A stretch of DNA of 64,000 nt from Bacteroidia bacterium (GTDB lineage Bacteria; Bacteroidota; Bacteroidia; AKYH767-A; 2013-40CM-41-45): assembly GCA_046330055.1 (NCBI GenBank), contig JAXLTM010000012.1, forward strand, positions 6,126-70,125, written 5' to 3'. Shown here piece by piece: positions 31,002 to 42,053 of the stretch. A program made the position numbers and the translations under genes. The notes under the pieces are model-generated. The model did not search any database, was not told the DNA's origin, and saw nothing but the letters and a program-made list of their open reading frames with translations. Each line of letters starts with the position of its first letter. Position 1 is the stretch's first letter.

Positions 31002-31880
31002 ATGAGCATACAGAGTTTTCTTCAATATATCAAGTACGAGAAGCGCTTTTCGGTGAACACAGTCACTGCTTATGAAAATGACTTGACACAGTTTTTTGAC
31101 TATCAGAAAAAGCAATATGAAATTGAAGACGCCGTAGCCATACAACCTTCCATGATTCGATCGTGGATGGTTCAGCTTATGGAATCCGGAATCTCTACCA
31201 GATCAATCGCCAGAAAAATTACTTCTCTGAAAACCTTCTACAAATTCCTGATGAGGAAAGGGGAGGTGAAAATCAATCCGCTTCAGAAAGTACAGGCACC
31301 GAAGATTTCGAAACGACTTCCGGTGTTCGTCGACGAAAACAAAATGAATCTTCTGTTTTCCGATGTCAACTTCGGCGACGGATTTGAAGCAGTTCGAGAC
31401 CGCCTTCTTCTGGAAATGTTTTACGCCACAGGAATGCGTCTCTCTGAACTGATCGGCCTTACCGATAGTCGCGTTGATCAGTTTCAGTGCCAGTTAAAAG
31501 TTCTCGGAAAGAGAAACAAAGAACGCGTAATTCCGTTTACTAATAAGCTGAAAGCCCTTATCCAGACTTATGTTGAAGCCAGGAAGGAAATTACTCCGTT
31601 ACCACCTTCGTTTTTCATTACTTCAAAAGGTACTCCGCTTTATCCAAAACTGGTTTACCGGATTGTTACCCGCAGAATCGGTGGAGTCACTACGCTGGAA
31701 AAGAAAAGCCCGCACGTACTGCGCCATACCTTCGCTACGCACATGCTCAATCACGGTGCCGACATCAACAGCGTTAAGGAATTACTCGGTCATGCCAATC
31801 TCAGCGCTACACAGGTTTACACACACAATACAATAGAAAAATTAAAAGAAGTTTATAAACAAGCCCACCCACGGGCCTAA
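31002..31880 (+). CDS. xerC: tyrosine site-specific recombinase, XerC/XerD family
   Basis: Catalytic motifs ATGMRLSEL, HVLRHTFATH and GHANLSATQVYTH. It sits in the rpsU-xer-hpf arrangement common in Bacteroidota. Confidence 0.75.
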   Translation: MSIQSFLQYIKYEKRFSVNTVTAYENDLTQFFDYQKKQYEIEDAVAIQPSMIRSWMVQLMESGISTRSIARKITSLKTFYKFLMRKGEVKINPLQKVQAPKISKRLPVFVDENKMNLLFSDVNFGDGFEAVRDRLLLEMFYATGMRLSELIGLTDSRVDQFQCQLKVLGKRNKERVIPFTNKLKALIQTYVEARKEITPLPPSFFITSKGTPLYPKLVYRIVTRRIGGVTTLEKKSPHVLRHTFATHMLNHGADINSVKELLGHANLSATQVYTHNTIEKLKEVYKQAHPRA

Positions 31881-31900
31881 ATCTTTGAGGAGGATATTTT

Positions 31901-32200
31901 ATGAAAATTACCGTACAGTCTATTCACTTTGACGCAGATCAGAAATTACTCAGTTTTATTCAGGAGAAAGTTGATAAACTGACCACATACAATGATCAGA
32001 TCATCGGAGGAGAAGTAATTTTGAAACTCGATAAGTCCAGTGACAATAAAAATAAAATCGTCCAGATAAAAATTCAAATCCCGGGCAATGATATTCTGGC
32101 TAAAGAACAATGCCGTACGTTTGAAGAGGCTACTGACCTTTGCATGGAGATTTTATCCCGCCAGATTAAAAAGCACAAGGAGAAGGTCAAAGGACTTTGA
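31901..32200 (+). CDS. hpf: ribosome hibernation promoting factor (HPF/RaiA family, short form)
   Basis: MKITVQSIHFDADQKLLSFIQEKVDKL...AKEQCRTFEEATDLCMEILSRQIKKHKEK; 99 aa. Confidence 0.85.
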   Translation: MKITVQSIHFDADQKLLSFIQEKVDKLTTYNDQIIGGEVILKLDKSSDNKNKIVQIKIQIPGNDILAKEQCRTFEEATDLCMEILSRQIKKHKEKVKGL

Positions 32201-32287
32201 TCTTTTTCAGTTTTCCTGTAAGAATTCCAATAGTTTTGTAAGAACTCCGTTGATCGGGTAACGTATCCGTATTGTCTGCAACTCATC

Positions 32288-33685
32288 ATGAAACGCACAT
32301 TTTCGGCATTTCTGTTTTTTATCGCCATTACTCCTTGCCTTCGTGCACAGGATGATGCGTCATTTCACGTTGTGAGCAAAACAGTAGTAAGCTGGAAAGA
32401 TACTACCCAATTGCATTTTCTACAGGATTCCACTCTTCATACGCAGGGCTGGGACACACTTCCACAAGCTAAATTCTGGAAGGATGTCATCAATATGACC
32501 AGCGATTCCTGTATCGTGAATATTTCATACTGCCGTAAGCCAATCGATCGCATTAACCGCTCGGTATGGATGAGCCAGAGTGAACCTGAAAAGCAGTGCT
32601 TCAAGGATAGCCTTTGCAGAATCATCAATGAAAGTCCGGATAATGTCTACATCACTGCAGGCAAGGGAGAGTTTTACGAAGTAAAAAAGGTAATGCCGGT
32701 GATCAGCCGCGCAATTACGGCATTCGAAAAGAATAATTGCGACCCCTGGTACGCTCAGGCAATTCTCCTGATTGAAAGCCCGGGCAAGTATGCCAATAAA
32801 TCAAGTGTCGGTGCCAATGGCCCGTTCCAGTTGATGCGCTCTGTAGCGATTCGTTACGGTCTGAAAGTAAACAAGAGAGTGGATGAACGTAGTGATATCG
32901 ATAAATCAGCACGTGCAGCATCATCTCTCATCAAAACTTCGTGCATTCCTTATATCAGGAAGTTTCTGGATGAAAAGAATATTGCTTATTCGGAAACTGA
33001 CTTGTGGTTCCGTCTTTTGGTTTTACATGCTTATCATGCCGGCGCAGGTAATGTGCGTTGTGTCATCGATGCCATTAATCCGGATAAAGGCGGAGTTGAA
33101 CTTTTCACGAAGATCTGGCAAACCACCTGTGGCGGATTTAAGAATGAGTCGCAAAATTACTCTCAGATTGCCCTTGCTTCATTGCTGAATTTTGAAAACC
33201 TGATTCATCAGAACGGTGATACTGTTTTCCTTGTAAAGGGTGATCTCGCACTTCGTCAGTATGACCGCAAAAAACTGAAGCCATGGGAAGCCATCGATTA
33301 TCTCGGCGCCTGTGTTGCTCTCTATGAAAAAGATTTCATCGATGAAATGATTCCATTCGATTATATGATGAAACGAATCGATTTCATTAAAAAGGAATAC
33401 AAGAAACTTTCCAATCTGGTTACTGAATCTCAGCGCGAGATTATTCTTCGCAAATATCCTGCTTCGGAAGATCATGTCACTCAGCTTGCCGCAGAGCTCA
33501 GCAAGAGAAGACGATATGAAGACGCCATCAGCCTGCTGAAACTGAATCTGGATACAAATCCTGATTCCTATGCTTCAAACGATAGCATTGCACGTTTGTA
33601 TCGCATCACAGGCGATAAAAAGAAGGCTGAAATTTATAGTTCTAAGGCCGGTTCGTCCAAACAGGTTCCGAAGAACGCAGATTGA
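32288..33685 (+). CDS. lytic transglycosylase (SLT-domain) protein with a C-terminal TPR-like region
   Basis: Signal peptide; SLT core AILLIESPGKYANKSSVGANGPFQLMRSVAIRYGL. Confidence 0.6.
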   Translation: MKRTFSAFLFFIAITPCLRAQDDASFHVVSKTVVSWKDTTQLHFLQDSTLHTQGWDTLPQAKFWKDVINMTSDSCIVNISYCRKPIDRINRSVWMSQSEPEKQCFKDSLCRIINESPDNVYITAGKGEFYEVKKVMPVISRAITAFEKNNCDPWYAQAILLIESPGKYANKSSVGANGPFQLMRSVAIRYGLKVNKRVDERSDIDKSARAASSLIKTSCIPYIRKFLDEKNIAYSETDLWFRLLVLHAYHAGAGNVRCVIDAINPDKGGVELFTKIWQTTCGGFKNESQNYSQIALASLLNFENLIHQNGDTVFLVKGDLALRQYDRKKLKPWEAIDYLGACVALYEKDFIDEMIPFDYMMKRIDFIKKEYKKLSNLVTESQREIILRKYPASEDHVTQLAAELSKRRRYEDAISLLKLNLDTNPDSYASNDSIARLYRITGDKKKAEIYSSKAGSSKQVPKNAD

Positions 33686-33722
33686 TTTTTTATTTTACAT
33701 TTGAAGCTCTTCAAAATCCTTT

Positions 33723-36116
33723 ATGAAGCAGCTTTACTTCCTGTTGTCATTTCTTCTTTTTGCCGGAACTGCACTCGCAGGTGATTTGTTTACTGTGCAT
33801 TCTTCTTTTGAAAAAACAGACTCAACACAACGGTGGATTAATCTTCACACAATAATTCCGGGAGCAGATTCTTCGTTCTACTCTCATACCGATTCGCTAG
33901 CTCCTTATGGAATTGGTTATGAATCCGCTTTCCCTGAGCAATGTTCAAACAGAAATATTATTCTCCGGATCAAAGGGAAATTCCGTTGTGCCGCTCTTTC
34001 CGCTTCGTCGTCCATTGTGTTTTCTGTTTCTAAAGGCGGGAAAGATGCATTCTGGGACGGACATAAAATTAAATTTACTCAAGCAAATCATTGGCTTGAG
34101 GTGAGTGATTCAATCAGGATTCCTTCTAATCTCACTACAGGAAATTGTACATTCAAAATTTATGTGTGGAATCAAAATGGTGAAGCAACTGATGCCGATG
34201 ATATTTCAATATCTGCTTCCGAAATTATTCTGCCTTCTTATTTTCCGGTAATAGATGAGCCTTTTAAACTGAAGGACAAAAGCATTTCATTGGTAGCTGA
34301 AAACAGTGAAGTGAAAATCTTCTCACAGGGAAATACATCCTTTTTCGTTACTTCCTCTGATCAGAGTGATACACTCCTTTCTCACCCTGTGATATTGGCC
34401 GAAGAGGAGGGAAGTAAACCAGGTAAGGTAAAGAAGATTGTTATCTCAACTTTCAGAATAAACAAACGTGCGGACGGATGTGATTTGTTTTTTGAGAGCA
34501 AAGAATTTTCGGGTTCAATCAAAATTGATTTAGTGCCGGGAAATCAGAGGATCCGGATAACAAGTGCTTTGAGTTTTCTAAAAGAAATTACAGTGCGTCG
34601 TATTGCTCTGGTCTTTGATCAGACTCTTCCGCTGAAAGAAGTTTTTACAAGTGATGGCCTGATCTCAGACAATTACTTCAGTAAAGAATATTGGCTCGGA
34701 CGAAACGGATTTTCTTTACAAAGCGGGAAGAAGAAGTACATCTTTGAAAAGCCTGAACATGCATGCAGTGTTCAACTAAACGATTACGGTAAAAAGGTGT
34801 GTTATAATTTTGATTATTGTGCCGACCATCCTTTGCTTCATTTTCCGGAGATGAAAGTGAGTAAAGGAATCTATAAAGATGCATCCTGCAGAACATATGC
34901 AATAAATGAAAGTCTGATTCTGGATTTTGAAATTGCTGTAGTGCCCGCAAATCAACCTTCGATTGGTGTGATGAATAATCCGGATGGTTTTCAATCCTGC
35001 TTTGTGTGGACAGAACATGCTGATTATGCTGATTTAAGAACACATAAGGCAGTTGCTTTTGGCAGCGAAAATATCAACTCACCGGATTCTGCTTCTCAGG
35101 GTTTTACCGGACATAAAATTCCTGTTACAAAAAGTGTTTTTTATGCAAATCCTGAAAACCAAAAGCTGGCACTCAAAGACGGACGATTCTCCGGTGAGTC
35201 GGCAAATATTCTTTCTACAAAGGGCTTTGATCGTTTTTTGAAGCAACTCTCCGCTTCGGGATTTGAAATTTGTCTTCACACACCTGATCCCTTTACAACA
35301 AATCTTTTGCGACTGGATAGCTCTTTATCTTACATGCAAGCCGCTTTCAACTCTCCCACATGGATTGATCATGGCTATGATAATTCGCCACAGAGCAACA
35401 GAGAAGATCTTGCCTGCGATGGTTTGAATTCAAACGGAAAGAATTTTTCTCTGCCGTCGTGGAAAAAGTACGGAGTGAAATATTTTTGGAATAGCTTTTA
35501 TGAAGATTCAAATGCATTTGGAAACTACTCCTTCAATTCATTTTTATCGGCACCCTATGCAGGCTGGGGACATAGCTTTCCGGCGCCGGAATATTGGATT
35601 ACAAAATCCGGAAGTGATACTATATACAGTTGGAAAACCGGTTACACTTTAGATCCGCCTGACGGAAATATGTGGTCGTATTATTTGAGCGATGCCCGTC
35701 TTGAAGACCTTGCAGAAAGTTTTTCGGATTGCATTCTGCATTGTTATTCTTCCCGGGTCGATTCAACGAATGGATTTTACAGCTATAACGGAAATGAAAT
35801 CGTTGTGAATCCTGAATTTGATAAGGCATTAGCGAAGATTGCAGAGTACAGAAACAAAGGATTATTATGGGTGACGACAATCAAAGACATGATGAATTAT
35901 CGCCTGCTTCTTGAAAACGTGTCTGTCACTTATTCCGGGAAAAGTATTCGGGTTTTAAATAGAAATGGTGAAGCCGTAAACGGACTTACATTGTTTTCAA
36001 AAGCAACTCTTGTTTTTCCGGAACAAGTTGGCGTAAGAGTGAAAACAACGGAGAAGGGTAATCTTTTTATTTTAAATTTGGCCCCGCATCAGCAAATAGA
36101 AATACCGATTCAGTAA
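33723..36116 (+). CDS. large secreted hypothetical protein (N-terminal beta-sandwich-like half, C-terminal hydrolase/deacetylase-like half)
   Basis: Signal peptide; 797 aa; CFVWTEHADYAD...GFEICLHTPDP. I cannot assign a family by eye. Confidence 0.4.
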   Translation: MKQLYFLLSFLLFAGTALAGDLFTVHSSFEKTDSTQRWINLHTIIPGADSSFYSHTDSLAPYGIGYESAFPEQCSNRNIILRIKGKFRCAALSASSSIVFSVSKGGKDAFWDGHKIKFTQANHWLEVSDSIRIPSNLTTGNCTFKIYVWNQNGEATDADDISISASEIILPSYFPVIDEPFKLKDKSISLVAENSEVKIFSQGNTSFFVTSSDQSDTLLSHPVILAEEEGSKPGKVKKIVISTFRINKRADGCDLFFESKEFSGSIKIDLVPGNQRIRITSALSFLKEITVRRIALVFDQTLPLKEVFTSDGLISDNYFSKEYWLGRNGFSLQSGKKKYIFEKPEHACSVQLNDYGKKVCYNFDYCADHPLLHFPEMKVSKGIYKDASCRTYAINESLILDFEIAVVPANQPSIGVMNNPDGFQSCFVWTEHADYADLRTHKAVAFGSENINSPDSASQGFTGHKIPVTKSVFYANPENQKLALKDGRFSGESANILSTKGFDRFLKQLSASGFEICLHTPDPFTTNLLRLDSSLSYMQAAFNSPTWIDHGYDNSPQSNREDLACDGLNSNGKNFSLPSWKKYGVKYFWNSFYEDSNAFGNYSFNSFLSAPYAGWGHSFPAPEYWITKSGSDTIYSWKTGYTLDPPDGNMWSYYLSDARLEDLAESFSDCILHCYSSRVDSTNGFYSYNGNEIVVNPEFDKALAKIAEYRNKGLLWVTTIKDMMNYRLLLENVSVTYSGKSIRVLNRNGEAVNGLTLFSKATLVFPEQVGVRVKTTEKGNLFILNLAPHQQIEIPIQ

Positions 36117-36803
36117 ATGGCATTAAAGATTTGGAAAGTATTCAAGAGAATCGTCATCTGGTTCTTCATACTAAGTGTTTTTTCCGTTATCCTTTTCAGA
36201 TTTGTTCCTGTTCCGCTCACACCGCTGATGCTGATTCGTTGTGTAGAACAAAAATTTGATGGACGTCCGATGCAAATGCAAAAGGATTGGGTTCCGCTGG
36301 AGCAAATCAGTCCTGCTATGCCATTGGCAGCTATAGCTGCAGAAGACCAGAATTTTGAAGACCACTTTGGTTTTGATCTGAAGGCAATTCAGAAGGCGGA
36401 AAAATACAATGAGAAACACAAAGGAAAGCGGTTGAAAGGTGCAAGTACAATCAGTCAGCAAACTTCAAAGAATGTTTTTCTCTGGCCATCCAGGTCATAT
36501 ATCAGAAAGGGATTTGAAGTGTACTTTACGTTTCTGATAGAAGTTTTCTGGAGCAAGAAGAGGATTATGGAAGTTTATCTGAATGTCATTGAAATGGGAG
36601 ATGGGATATATGGCATTGAAGCGGCCAGCCAGAGCTATTTTCATAAGCCTGCAGCTAAACTATCTGTCAGGGAAGCGGCAATGATAGCAGCAATTTTCCC
36701 TAATCCGAGAAAATTAAATCCTGTTTATCCTGATGCACGAACTGCTTTAAAAGGCTCCCGTATCGTTCATTTTATGAGCAGGTTAAAGCTCGAAGATTTC
36801 TGA
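36117..36803 (+). CDS. mtgA: monofunctional biosynthetic peptidoglycan transglycosylase
   Basis: AAEDQNFEDHFGFD, GASTISQQTSKN, RKGFE. The start codon abuts the upstream stop (TAAATG). Confidence 0.9.
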   Translation: MALKIWKVFKRIVIWFFILSVFSVILFRFVPVPLTPLMLIRCVEQKFDGRPMQMQKDWVPLEQISPAMPLAAIAAEDQNFEDHFGFDLKAIQKAEKYNEKHKGKRLKGASTISQQTSKNVFLWPSRSYIRKGFEVYFTFLIEVFWSKKRIMEVYLNVIEMGDGIYGIEAASQSYFHKPAAKLSVREAAMIAAIFPNPRKLNPVYPDARTALKGSRIVHFMSRLKLEDF

Positions 36804-36891
36804 TCCCGGCCTTTTGACCTAACAAAGCCTTGAACCATAGTGTATTTCTCTCTTCATTTTTTCTTGATTCGCTTCAAACTTTAATACATAT

Positions 36892-38349
36892 TTGAATTCG
36901 AATTCAGGGTGGTTCCCAGCAAAAAATCTCAAAGTGAGTATATCAACACGGAGTGAAAAACTGAAGTACTTTATTTTTTTACTTCTGATTTTTTTATCCC
37001 GACTTCCTTTTCTTTCGGCCGGTTATGGTTTGGATGGCGATAGTTGGTCCGTGGCCATCTCTGCAAACCTGCTCCACGATTCTCATCACTATGTTCCTTC
37101 CCGTTTACCGGGTTACCCTGTTCATGAATTTCTGTGTGCTGTAATAGCACCTGCAGGTTATTTCGGTCTCAATCTGGTTTCAGCATTATTCAGTACCCTT
37201 GCGGTTTTTTTCTTTATGCTGATTCTTCGCTCGCTGAAATTCAAATCTGTTTTCCTGGCTGCCACAGCATTCGCTTTTGTTCCTGCATTTTATATTCATA
37301 GCACTACAACTATTGATTATGTTGTTTCGCTCGCATTCATTCTTGCCGCACTGTATTATTTACTGAAAGACTTTCTGCCTCTTGCAGGATTGTGTCTCGG
37401 ACTGGCCATAGGTACCCGTATTACTGCAGGTGCCATGCTGATTCCGTTCATCATTCTTCTAGTGAAAAATGACGGATTCGAAATGAACTTAAAAAGGATC
37501 GTGAAAATTTCACTTCCTGCAATTCTTACCGGTGCTGCTTTTTATTTCCCATTATACAGGATGTACGGTTCGTCATTCTTTACTTATTACGAAGTTCCAT
37601 ATCCTTCCATTCCTAAAGTGCTTTACAAATTCTCCATTGAAGTATGGGGAATTGTTGGTGTGCTCGGAATATTTTTGTCGACCGTCATTTTCTTTTTGCC
37701 GGCCGGATCCGGTCCGAAAAAATTTCTCTTCCCGAGGTCCATAAATGAACGTCATGTAATTGCCTGGCTCGTTGCTATCGATCTCTATATAATTGCTTTT
37801 CTCCGATTGCCGATGGAAGCAGGATATCTGTTGCCGATTATTCCATTCGTCATAATGCTATTTGGAAAATACCTCTACGAAGGAGCATTTGCTTTCTTCT
37901 GCTGTATGCTTATTCTTTCTACATTGTCGTGTACCATTTCACCTGTCGACAGGTACGATGCAGCAAGCCCTTCTGCAGCAGTGAAAAAATTTCATGCAGG
38001 CGGCGAAGAACTCATGCTGGATTTCTTACATGGCCCGGTGTTTTCATATCAGTCGCGCAGAGAAAACGGAATTGCATTTGTAAATGAGCTTTTGAAATCG
38101 ACTGATACGGTTACGGTAAAATCGGTCATTGTTTGCGGAAGATGGTACAATCAGATGATTGTACAGTCCGGCGATACGTCAAAACTGAAAGTCAAAATCA
38201 GAGATTACATCTCAGAACCCGAAGCACTTTATTTTTATGCAAAAGGCTTTGTGATTTATTACCTGCCAAAGCAGGAATACTACAACAAAGTCATGCGCAA
38301 TGTTGATCTCGATATTTATCGCGCCGTGCCGTATTTAAACGGACATTAA
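36892..38349 (+). CDS. polytopic membrane protein, GT-C (ArnT/PMT-like) glycosyltransferase candidate
   Basis: About 10 TM helices with an acidic first-loop motif (GYGLDGDSW) and a soluble C-terminal domain. The track start is a TTG, so the true start is uncertain. Confidence 0.4.
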   Translation: MNSNSGWFPAKNLKVSISTRSEKLKYFIFLLLIFLSRLPFLSAGYGLDGDSWSVAISANLLHDSHHYVPSRLPGYPVHEFLCAVIAPAGYFGLNLVSALFSTLAVFFFMLILRSLKFKSVFLAATAFAFVPAFYIHSTTTIDYVVSLAFILAALYYLLKDFLPLAGLCLGLAIGTRITAGAMLIPFIILLVKNDGFEMNLKRIVKISLPAILTGAAFYFPLYRMYGSSFFTYYEVPYPSIPKVLYKFSIEVWGIVGVLGIFLSTVIFFLPAGSGPKKFLFPRSINERHVIAWLVAIDLYIIAFLRLPMEAGYLLPIIPFVIMLFGKYLYEGAFAFFCCMLILSTLSCTISPVDRYDAASPSAAVKKFHAGGEELMLDFLHGPVFSYQSRRENGIAFVNELLKSTDTVTVKSVIVCGRWYNQMIVQSGDTSKLKVKIRDYISEPEALYFYAKGFVIYYLPKQEYYNKVMRNVDLDIYRAVPYLNGH

Positions 38350-38912
38350 ATCTTACAAACCGAAATCAAATCCCACCTGATCTGCCATGGATCGGAATAG
38401 ATGTGGTAAACGTCGGTGTACATCAGATCATAAAGAATCATAAGATTAATTGAGCTGGCATCGCCGATCATCTGGCGATACCCGCCGCCGACGAAAAGTG
38501 CATCAACCAGTTTCCTCTCTGTCTTCGGATAATACGTCATAAATTCCGCACTCAGCGATTGAAACTCCGTATGCAGGAAAATAAGCTCACTCACATTGAA
38601 ACGCGTAAAAATACTTCCGCCATAAATGCTGGTAGAATAGGAGTAGTTATAATAGGAATCTTTGTAATTGTAATAAATGTAAGTTGCGCCAAGTCCGGCC
38701 GACCACCGTTCAGTAAGTCTGTAGCCGATGATAGGAGAGATATCAACCACTGTTGCAGTTCCGAACTGAAGTCCGAAGTTTCCGCCGGTGAAAAGGCGAT
38801 CTTTGAAAGAAGATTTTTCGTTGGCTGATTTTACAGGAGGCAGATAATCACTCTGTGCAAAAGCAGAAGCAGATAAGAGTAAAGCAAACAGCGCCGGGAT
38901 GAACCTTTTCAC
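38346..38912 (-). CDS. hypothetical outer-membrane beta-barrel-like protein
   Basis: Signal peptide ALLLSASAFAQ; Tyr/Gly-rich beta-strand pattern; 188 aa. Confidence 0.45.
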   Translation of the reverse strand: MKRFIPALFALLLSASAFAQSDYLPPVKSANEKSSFKDRLFTGGNFGLQFGTATVVDISPIIGYRLTERWSAGLGATYIYYNYKDSYYNYSYSTSIYGGSIFTRFNVSELIFLHTEFQSLSAEFMTYYPKTERKLVDALFVGGGYRQMIGDASSINLMILYDLMYTDVYHIYSDPWQIRWDLISVCKI

Positions 38913-38993
38913 AATTTTTTTTCTGTAAAAATAGCGAAGTCAAATTAGTAGTCAATGGAAATTTCGTTCTTTGTGTGGTAAATCAATTTAATC

Positions 38994-39725
38994 ATGGATG
39001 TATTGATCACCGGAGCATCGTCGGGTGTGGGAAGAGCGCTGACTGAATATTTTTTGAACAGCAGCGATATGCACGTTATTGCCATCAGCCGAAATCATTC
39101 AAAGCTCGATGAATTGTTTCGCTCTGCAGAAGCGATGGGGAAGGCGAACCGGCTCAGCATATTTGCAGGTGACATTCGTGAGGAGAAATTTCTGCAGAGT
39201 GTTTACTCTGCGCTGGAGAGAGAGGGCAGGAGAGTACGTTTCATCGTGAACAATGCAGGTAAGTTGATTCGTAAATCATTCAGAGAATTGACAGCGGAAC
39301 AATGGCAGGAGATCTATTCCGTGAATGTATTTGCAGTTGCGTCGGTGGTGAGAATTTTTTATCCGATGTTGATCACAGGAGAGGCGCTGCATCAGTCGGC
39401 GTTTTGTTCTCACATTGTAAACATCGGCTCTGTAGGCGGTGTACAAGGCAGTATAAAGTTTGCCGGTTTATCGGCTTACAGCAGCAGTAAGGGAGCGATG
39501 AGTGTGCTTACGGAATGTATGGCAGAGGAATTTAAGCAGGAGCGGATAGCGGTGAATTGTCTGGCGCTGGGATCGGTGCAGACGGAGATGTTCAGCGATG
39601 CCTTTCCGGGATTTTCTGCGGCTGTGGGACCGGGAGAAATGGCGGGCTATATTGGGGAATTTGTGATGAAAGGCCATTGTTTTTTCAATGGAAAGGTACT
39701 TCCGGTGAGTTTCCAGACCCCTTGA
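38994..39725 (+). CDS. short-chain dehydrogenase/reductase (SDR)
   Basis: TGASSGVGRA, NNAG and a YSSSK active-site motif. Confidence 0.85.
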   Translation: MDVLITGASSGVGRALTEYFLNSSDMHVIAISRNHSKLDELFRSAEAMGKANRLSIFAGDIREEKFLQSVYSALEREGRRVRFIVNNAGKLIRKSFRELTAEQWQEIYSVNVFAVASVVRIFYPMLITGEALHQSAFCSHIVNIGSVGGVQGSIKFAGLSAYSSSKGAMSVLTECMAEEFKQERIAVNCLALGSVQTEMFSDAFPGFSAAVGPGEMAGYIGEFVMKGHCFFNGKVLPVSFQTP

Positions 39726-39810
39726 GGCGGGAAAATTTAACCTTTAACGCTCTGATTAACAGTGCTTTTCACACTTTCCAACAATTGTTAATAAAAAACA
39801 TCACCAAATA

Positions 39811-39841
39811 TTTGGTAGAAAGGAAAGGAGTAGTACATTTG
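39811..39841 (+). promoter_or_regulatory. rRNA operon promoter P1 (TTTG-N19-TAcaTTTG)
   Basis: TTTG at 39811-39814, a 19-nt spacer, TACATTTG at 39834-39841, then CAACCCCA. Confidence 0.55.
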
Positions 39842-39983
39842 CAACCCCATTCAGAAAGTTCTTTGATGCGCGAATGGGCGCAAAAAAACGCCTTTTTTTC
39901 AGGCCAACCGGGTAAAAGCGGTGAAGCAATTTTTTAGTCTGATTTAGTGCAGATTAACAAAAACTGAAAAAAAAATTAAAGAA

Positions 39984-40017
39984 TTTGTTGCGGGGAAATA
40001 TAAGTTCAGTATCTTTG
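39984..40017 (+). promoter_or_regulatory. rRNA operon promoter P2 (TTG-N19-TAtcTTTG)
   Basis: TTG at 39988-39990, a 19-nt spacer, TATCTTTG at 40010-40017, then CAGCCCCAAAA. This is nearly identical to the rpsU promoter core. Confidence 0.6.
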
Positions 40018-40083
40018 CAGCCCCAAAAACAAATAAGGGAGTTTGCTCAACGGAGCAGACGGTAAAAAACAACAGACTACTTA

Positions 40084-40131
40084 GCCGGATTTTTAGTTAA
40101 ATCCGGGATCGATAAGTAAACGTTCTTTGAA
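40084..40131 (+). promoter_or_regulatory. rRNA leader boxB-like hairpin plus boxA antitermination element
   Basis: Hairpin ccggattt-ttagtt-aaatccgg (40084-40105), then CGTTCTTTGAA (40121-40131). The same CGTTCTTTGA box recurs before the 23S gene. Confidence 0.55.
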
Positions 40132-40224
40132 GAATTGAAAAGGAAATAACAAGCCCTAAATATCCGTCAATTGAATTGAGATATTTTTGAAGTAACAAAT
40201 CCTAACAGAGACAGAAATCAACTT

Positions 40225-41750
<1,526 letters not shown>

Positions 41751-41888
41751 GGAGTGATTTGTTACACCTGATTTATCAGGAATCAAGCTTGTTATTTCCT
41801 TTCATTTTCTTCATTTAAGATCCCAAACGAGCTTAAGGTGGTCCCTCCATCTGAGAAAAAAACTATAACTTCTGAATTTAGAAGAAAT

Positions 41889-41963
41889 AGTCCCGTAGCT
41901 CAGCTTGGTTAGAGCACTACACTGATAATGTAGGGGTCAGCAGTTCAAATCTGCTCGGGACTA
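41889..41963 (+). tRNA. tRNA-Ile (anticodon GAT)
   Basis: Cloverleaf folded by hand: acceptor AGTCCCG/CGGGACT, anticodon arm CTACA-CTGATAA-TGTAG, T-arm AGCAG-TTCAAAT-CTGCT. No CCA is encoded. Confidence 0.93.
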
Positions 41964-41979
41964 CTAATCAACTTGTCTT

Positions 41980-42053
41980 GGGGAATTAGCTCAGCTGGCT
42001 AGAGCACCTGCTTTGCAAGCAGGGGGTCATCGGTTCGACTCCGATATTCTCCA
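41980..42053 (+). tRNA. tRNA-Ala (anticodon TGC)
   Basis: Acceptor GGGGAAT/ATTCTCC with the G3:U70 alanine identity pair and anticodon loop CTTTGCAAG. CCA is encoded at 42054-42056. Confidence 0.93.

Noticed and set aside
31002-31880. A tyrosine recombinase as a possible marker of an integrated mobile element.
   Set aside because: It sits in the conserved housekeeping rpsU-xer-hpf arrangement. I see no flanking direct repeats, no tRNA-adjacent att site, and no phage, conjugation or cargo genes around it.
39557-39937. A 126-aa ORF overlapping the end of the SDR gene and running into the rRNA promoter region.
   Set aside because: It is out of frame with the SDR gene and Gly/Cys/Arg-rich, and it spans the P1 promoter. 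I judge it spurious.
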